DNA of 40,028 nt from Octopus bimaculoides. Lineage: Eukaryota. The notes under the pieces are model-generated. The model saw only the letters and a list, made by a program, of their open reading frames with translations. It was not told the origin of the DNA and ran no database searches. Location of the stretch: NCBI RefSeq assembly GCF_001194135.2, contig NW_026305254.1:43086-83113 (forward strand), in the 5' to 3' direction. Made by a program: the position numbers and the translations under genes. Below are positions 33,282 through 40,028 of this stretch, piece by piece (position 1 is the stretch's first letter; every line of letters begins with the position of its first letter).

Positions 33282-35416
33282 CCCAACAGGTTTGAGACTT
33301 TTGAACTTCAGCTTGCATTATGGCAGCTTACAATAAGCTAAACTCTGTCCAATCCATACAAGTATGGAAAAGTGGATGTTAAAATGATGATGATGATGAT
33401 GACACTTAGGCTTCATGCAGTTTCCATCAGCTAAATTCTTTCACATGCCATTGGTTGAATTTAAATCACAAGTATAAAATGAAGGGAGACGAAAAAAATT
33501 AAAATTTATAATTTTTATTAAGTTTTTGTTGTTTCTTTTACTTACATATTTCATAAAAATTATTCAAAAAACCGTACAACATTGCAGTTATATAACCTCA
33601 ATATTATGAAACAGTGAACAGCAAGTCAGAAATAAGATTAGTAGAATGTATATGTTAGACAACAGCTGTTCAGACAAACTTTGCTCTGTTACTGCAGTAT
33701 TTTTCTTCAACAGCAACACTGGGAAAAAATCCCCCCAAAAAACAATTCAACCTTGCTACGAATTGCCAGCTCTCACTCCAGTAATGAAATAGTCCCACAG
33801 AAAACTTATATGTACTTTCACAGCAAGTACATATATATTAAATATATTTGCAGTTTTAATATACTGTATTCAACAAGTTATGTGACTTGGTTACAGAGGG
33901 TTAAGGAACTTGCTGAAAAAAGTATTTGGGGGCCACAACCCCGCAATGTCATTCTTGGCTGACACGACCATAAAATGGAACACATTTAGACACCTGGGGG
34001 GTCTTTTATTAGACACTGGTCTGAAATGAAATTTGCTGACAATTACAACACCAATATTATGTGTTGTTCAACCAGCAAGGCTAATATATGGTTTGATTTT
34101 GGCATACATACAAAAATACATTCTTTCATTACATATATACATGTATGCATGCATACATACATATCTTCATCACATATATACATACATATATCAGGATTAA
34201 TTTAAGCAATCACCTGAGGATGTCTTACACCGTGGATATATGATTACACAGCATCTCACCAATGCACGAATTAAAGGTGTAAAAATGTGTCGAGACAATT
34301 GTAGGGACTTTAAATAAAGAACACCATTCATTTCATTTTCTATCATTCGTGTGTGTGTGTGTGTGTGTGTACACGCATGTACGTATGTGTCTGCTATCAA
34401 ACATGGAACTGTTAGATTATACTGCTGTATGGTGTGCCATATAAAACTAATTATATATGAATGTTTATATATGTATATATATATAATTAACTATACATAG
34501 ATATGTGTATACATAAATATAATATATATATATATATATACACACGTGTGTGTGTATATACATACATTTTCACACACGTGTGTGTGTTAGAAAATTCTAC
34601 AAAACCTCTACACCCAGACTATCTAAATATATACATATATATCCAACATACAAAAATAGACTCTCACATACTAAACTATTTACGTTTATATACATGTGTG
34701 TGTATATATATGTATGCTTGTGTGTGTGTGTGTATATAGATATACATGCATATATACATACATGTATTCATGTGTATATCATCCTTTTACTGTGTTCAGT
34801 TAGTGGATTGCGACCATGCTGTGGCACCCCCTTCAAAGGTTTCAGTCACTCTCATAGACTACTCCCCCACCCCACCTACATATTTCAACCTAATAATTAG
34901 TCTATATTCATCTAATTGCTTAATTGTGCATCTTGGATGAAACACCCGATATGTTTATTGAACTGCCACCAGCGTTTACAATATAAACACATATAAAATA
35001 GACATGCACACATTTACATACATGTATAGACAGACCAAGCATGGGATTAGCCGCTGCCCCAAGATGTCCTCTAGGTATCTCCTCCCCATGGGACACAGTG
35101 TCGTCACAAAAACATTTTGCAGCCAACATCATGGAAAACAAATCATTTTAGTGTATAATAAATTATTCTGTATGTCTTATGTCTGCACTAGTGTTTATGT
35201 TATAAATTCCAGAGTATCATTGTACATTTTAAAAGCTAATACAGGTGTAGATGGCTAGCTCTTCAGAGCCATAGAATATTGTGGTTCCATCCATTCTTCA
35301 ACACATGCAAAGAGTAATCTTTGAAATATTAATGTGTGGAAGACAAGAAGGGAGGAAGGAGATTTAGTTGGATATTAGAAAGGAGACAGTGAGTGCTGGT
35401 GGTGGAAATGAAGATC

Positions 35417-35459
<43 letters not shown>

Positions 35460-35889
35460 ACCAAGAAGTATTAATAAAAGAGAAAGAAAAGAAGAGAGGA
35501 GTGTGCAGATATTGTCTTTACAAAATATAGAGAGATTAGATAAATCTACACATTGTGCAATACACACACACACACACATACAAGCAAACGTATAGAAACA
35601 CACATTTGCCTTCCATGGATTCACTGGCTGAACGGGGTCAGGCAGAGAGGAGGACCAGTGTCTGTTTAGGCATCTTGGCTACAGACGGAGGCCCTTCCTA
35701 ATGTCAACACCTTTACAAAGGGTTACTGCATGGTTTATGTGTGACACCAGAACTGGTGAGATTGTTCTGGATTTGGCAAGACTAAAGAAGCAGCACCACT
35801 GAGAAAAATGACATCATCAAAAGATGGAAACCTCTTCATTGTCCTAAAAACAGCACATCCATCCATCTTCTCTGCCCATTATTTCTGGT

Positions 35890-36240
35890 GGGGAGGGTCC
35901 TGAGTCGTCCGGCACTTCCTCTATAAGGTCCTATCAGGAACAACTTTCCAGCTGGATTCTAAAGCGCGACCAACTGAGAAATCTCGTTGATCTCCTTTTG
36001 CTGGTTGACTCAGCTTGAAGAATCCATCTTGCAATCTTTCCCGTGGTATCCTAACCCCATCTCTGTAATATCAGAGCTATTGACTTCTCAACGAAGAGAA
36101 GTAGTGGCTCCACCTGGAGGAGAGACTCCCTAATCTCTGAGCAACAAACTCTGTTGAATAATGTTGGTCCAGAAATCCTTTGGAGGAATCCCATCTCAGC
36201 CCCTTGCATTCGGGGAGCTATGGCTATTCTCTTCTGTCGT
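35890..36240 (-). mobile_element. Decayed RTE-clade LINE 3' fragment
   Basis: RMQGAEMGFLQRISGPTLFNRVCCSEIRESLLQVEPLLLFVEKS followed by frameshifted remnants of the SQLR.YGHV.RMP.ER block typical of the RTE ORF C-terminus. Confidence 0.75.
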
Positions 36241-38643
36241 CCGGGCAACTATCTTCTATTCCTAAACCTTGAAGATGTGGTGTTGATGAATGCAGAGTGG
36301 ACGTGTTTGTCAAATATATAGAGATGAGACAGAGAGACAGGGACGAAGGGACACTAACTCCGAACTTCGTGATATCATTCTGAAGGAAACGACAGTCTCT
36401 AATGCAAGGGAGAAAACTCTGCCATCCGTCATTTCTGTATTTCAATGGAATCATTTGACGACTGGTCTTTGACAGAAAAATCATCGAGTGTTTAAGAAGC
36501 TCAACTGCTGTTGGTTGTTAACCAGTATATATTAAAGTGAAACAAGCAACTTGTATACACACTCTACTTTCGGTTTCCAAATACTATTTTGTCCACCTTG
36601 TTTCACCTTACTCTGGTGTATGTATGTATATATTGTGTCTATGTGTATATATGTATATGTGTGTATGTCCATGCACACACACACACACACACATGCATCA
36701 TTCGTTGTGGTGATGATATTTGTGATGATGATGATGATAATGTTGGCTATATTTCTTTTTAACTAATTGAACTTAGTTGTTCTCAAAAAGGAAATTCAAA
36801 TTTCAGAAAAACCAACAAAATATTCTTGTGTGTGTGTGTGTGTGTGTATCTGTGTTTGTCCCCCACCACTGCTTGACCGACCAATGTTGGTTTGGTTACA
36901 GCCCCCATAACTTCGCGGTTCAGCATAAGAGAGTGATAGAATGAGTAGCAAACTTCAAAAATAAATACTGGAGTCGATTTGTTGAACTAAACCCTTGAAG
37001 GCAGTGCCCCAGCATGGCCTTGGTCCAATGACTTAAACATGGAAAGAGATCAAAGCTAAAAACAGTGATACAAAAATAACTTGAAAAAAAAAAAAAAATG
37101 GAGAAAAGATTCTTCAAAAAAAAAAAAAAAACTGAAAAGTGAAACATTTGAAATAAAGGAAAAATTAATAATTAAAAAAAGACAAAAGATGTTTTGTGGT
37201 TCAGAAGAAGAAAACGTGGAATGGAAACAGAAAGAGTGTGAAAAAATATACAGCAACACTGCAAAAGGGTTAAGGGCTTGGAAAAAAAAAAGGGTGGGTA
37301 AAAATGAAAAAAGCAAAGAAGGAATTATAAGGACCAGTTTGTTTCGAAACGGGGGTAAGATTGGTTTGGGTTGGCAGGGTCGAAAATATTTGAAAGAAAA
37401 TTGATAATAAAAACCTGGGGAAAACTCCTAAAATTTGTTTGTAATTTTGGCAGAAGGTCAGCAAATTTGAGAAAGGGTAGTCAATAAATCCCCTGCAACC
37501 CCCCTTGACAAGTGTTTTAGATTATTGAGCTCTCCCCACCCAAGAGGGATGAAAAGCAAAGTTGTTCTTGGTGGAATTTGAACTCAGAATGTAAAATGAG
37601 AGAAAGACATGTTGTGAAAGAGTTCTTCCTGACATTGCATCATCATCTAATAAATAGAGTGGGGGAGGGGTATGGAAATGGGTTAAAAATTACAGAAACA
37701 TGAAAAAGAAAGGTGGTGGTAGGGTTTGGAAAAGTTGAAAAAAAATTTTAAAGGCTAGGGTAAAAAGAAGACGAAAAGGGGCCAGTGTAAAGCTGAGATG
37801 GGCAGGTCAAGGAGTAAAGGAGTTTAGGTAACCCCTTTTACTTCAAAACAAAACAAATCTTGGCACCGGTATTGTTGTAGTTGTGTGCTGGTGGTGGTAT
37901 GTAAGTGGGTGGGTAAGTGATTGTATTGGTCATGTTAGAGGAGAATGGAGGTTAAAATATTGAAGATAATGATATGTATATATATACATATATATATATA
38001 AAGGATAGCTGAAGATCAGATACAATTTAGAGGTGGGGGTAAAACATTAGGTATGATAAAGGGAAACCCAACTGAACTACAGCCCACACATGAATGCTAG
38101 AGCCCCAACCACTTCCACTACATCTTCCCCACCCACACATCTATCCTTCTTCACAGCCCATCAAATAAACACAAGAACAGTGACGAAACAGTGCTGTCGA
38201 GGCTAGTCACAAGGTGAAGTAAAAAGTGGTCATGCAGTGGTAAAAGAAGTGAATAGGACCAATGAAAACAGGTGCTAGGTGGTGGTAAAAACAGAAAACT
38301 AATATAAAGGGGGTCGTAAATTGAAGGGAATGGTAGTGGAAAGTGGATAAAATTGCAGGAAAACAGCTGGGATGAAATATTGGTGAAGGTCAAAGGTCAA
38401 AGGAATGCATGAAAATACATCGTGCCACATCCATTTTCTCACCCCACCCCAACTTTTTCCAAATTAGACAATGTAAAACTCAGCTGGCTGTTTTTAATTT
38501 CTCTCTTGTCAGCTTTTCCCTTGAAGAAACACTGGATTTTCCATCCCCCACGGAAAGTTCACTGTACTCTTTTAGTTCATTATACTATATACATACATAT
38601 ATAAACAATCTAACATTTGTCTTTTTTATAAGCACTGAAATGG

Positions 38644-38675
<32 letters not shown>

Positions 38676-39280
38676 TGTTTTGTATATTTTAGAAAAATAT
38701 CTTATCTTTAAGAAAAGATGAGAGAATATTTATTGTCCTAAAAATATCACAATATAATGATAATCCTAATCAAGATATCAGGGGATACCTGGTTCACCTA
38801 GTTTGAGTGGTGGGTTGACCCACTGGCTGTAGACCAGCTATCCTGGACTCCCTCAGCCATTGCACCTGTTGATGAAGTAGTTGGCGGGAGAGAGAGAGAG
38901 AAAAGAGTGGGGGCAGGAGGTGACACACGCATTAAGAAACTCAGTTGACCTCAGGTGTTAGTCTGATTATGTTTATGGTAAAGGAGACGTTTGCATCTAT
39001 ATATATATATACACAAACACATACAGGTGTATATATATAGATATATACAGAGAGAGAGATGTCTGGGAGTGTGTATGTATATGTTTGTACATCTGTATAT
39101 ATATAGAATGATGTGAATCCAGCAAGAGACCTAGCAAAACCAGACACCAACGGAATTGTTCCAGTTTTCTGCCTCAAATATAACTCAAGTCACACTGCCA
39201 AGTCCACTCACAACATTATCCAGCTAACTACTACCGATCAACTATGCCCAGCTTGCCCATCCCATCCCATNNNNNNNNNN

Positions 39281-40028
39281 ACGACAGCTGACACCGTGGC
39301 TAGACAGAACAAGAAGATGACCGTTGGGGTGAGCACAGTTGGCACCAGCTGGCCATAACTCACGTTCAGTACCCACTGGTCATCAAGGTAGCCACTCTCG
39401 TTTCCACCACGACCAGCTGTCGGACCAACACCTCCAAACAGAAAGAAGTTGTCATCCAGTGACCACTGGACACTGTCGTAGCGTCCAAGTGGACTCTGAT
39501 ACTGCTGCAGGCGACTCTCTATGTCATTGCGGCTGGAACCTGGCGAGAGACGCGCATATTCCACGCCTCCTCTGGCTCTACTCTTTGTCCAGTTGTTGCT
39601 ACTGGATGATGACATCAACTTCCAGGTCAAGTTCTGTGTGTCAAAGAGCCAGAGGTCAGAGAGGGGCACATCCACCTCTCTCGCTCTCTCCCTCTTCTGT
39701 TTCTGTTGTGCGATATTTTCGTAGGGGCCACTAACCCCATCTCTTCCGACATTCCCTCGCATTTTGTTGCCCTCACCACCAAAAAGCCACAAGTTGCCCT
39801 TGGAGTCTGTCCATCCAGCACTTTTACCACGGCAATCCGGGACATTTTTTGATGATAAACAGTTCAAGAATCTTCTCGGGACAGTGTCCGAGCTGCTGGG
39901 TCTTGGTGCATCAAATTTTGACCGAGAACCGGATGCAGGAACATTCAAACAGCCAGACAGACAAGACCATGTTGCATTGTCTAGGGAAAACATCCACAGG
40001 TCTGATGTGTAACCAGCATTCTTCAGCT
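39281..40028 (-). CDS. Kelch-repeat beta-propeller protein with probable C-terminal transmembrane segment (partial; open at window end, 3' end lost in a gap)
   Basis: The frame is open from 40026 (LKNAGYTSDLWMFSLDNATW) through GWTDSKGNLWLFGG, LSDLWLFDTQNLTW, WSLDDNFFLFGG and YLDDQWVLN to hydrophobic LVPTVLTPTVIFLFCLATVSAV; 10-N gap at 39271-39280. Confidence 0.85.

Noticed and set aside
37081-37404. Lysine-rich 107-aa ORF
   Set aside because: Produced by poly-A and purine-rich low-complexity sequence; no splice or homology support.
38789-38865. Downstream exon of the kelch gene (acceptor caacag|, donor CAG|gtatcc)
   Set aside because: All three frames contain stops and the phase cannot be linked across the gap at 39271-39280; unsupported.

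Overview
AT-rich, microsatellite- and SINE-dense animal genomic DNA with several N-gaps. The repeat style suggests a cephalopod (Octopus-like); that is an inference. By chaining GT-AG exons and checking phases by hand I find three host genes that the ORF track only shows in fragments. (1) A 13-coding-exon plus-strand gene (2759..11276, 633 aa) whose conserved motifs match my recollection of PRR19, the CNTD1 partner in meiotic crossover formation. (2) A minus-strand SRSF7/9G8-type SR protein gene (N-terminal RS stretch, RRM, CCHC zinc knuckle, RS exon; coding exons 26351-26077, 25523-25353, 17051-16968; last exon not resolved). It carries a candidate 686-nt PTC-containing poison or alternative-terminal exon directly after the zinc-knuckle exon, where vertebrate SRSF7 has its autoregulatory poison exon. 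(3) The 3' part of a minus-strand kelch beta-propeller gene with five N-glycosylation sequons and a probable transmembrane segment, open at the window end. Mobile DNA includes a full-length mariner with an uninterrupted 353-aa ORF but a D-D31-N triad, a 214-bp deletion derivative of the same mariner family, an internally deleted Tc1/Tc3-like transposase, an RTE-type LINE fragment, many SINE copies and several tandem arrays. No database searches were possible, so all family assignments rest on motif recognition.
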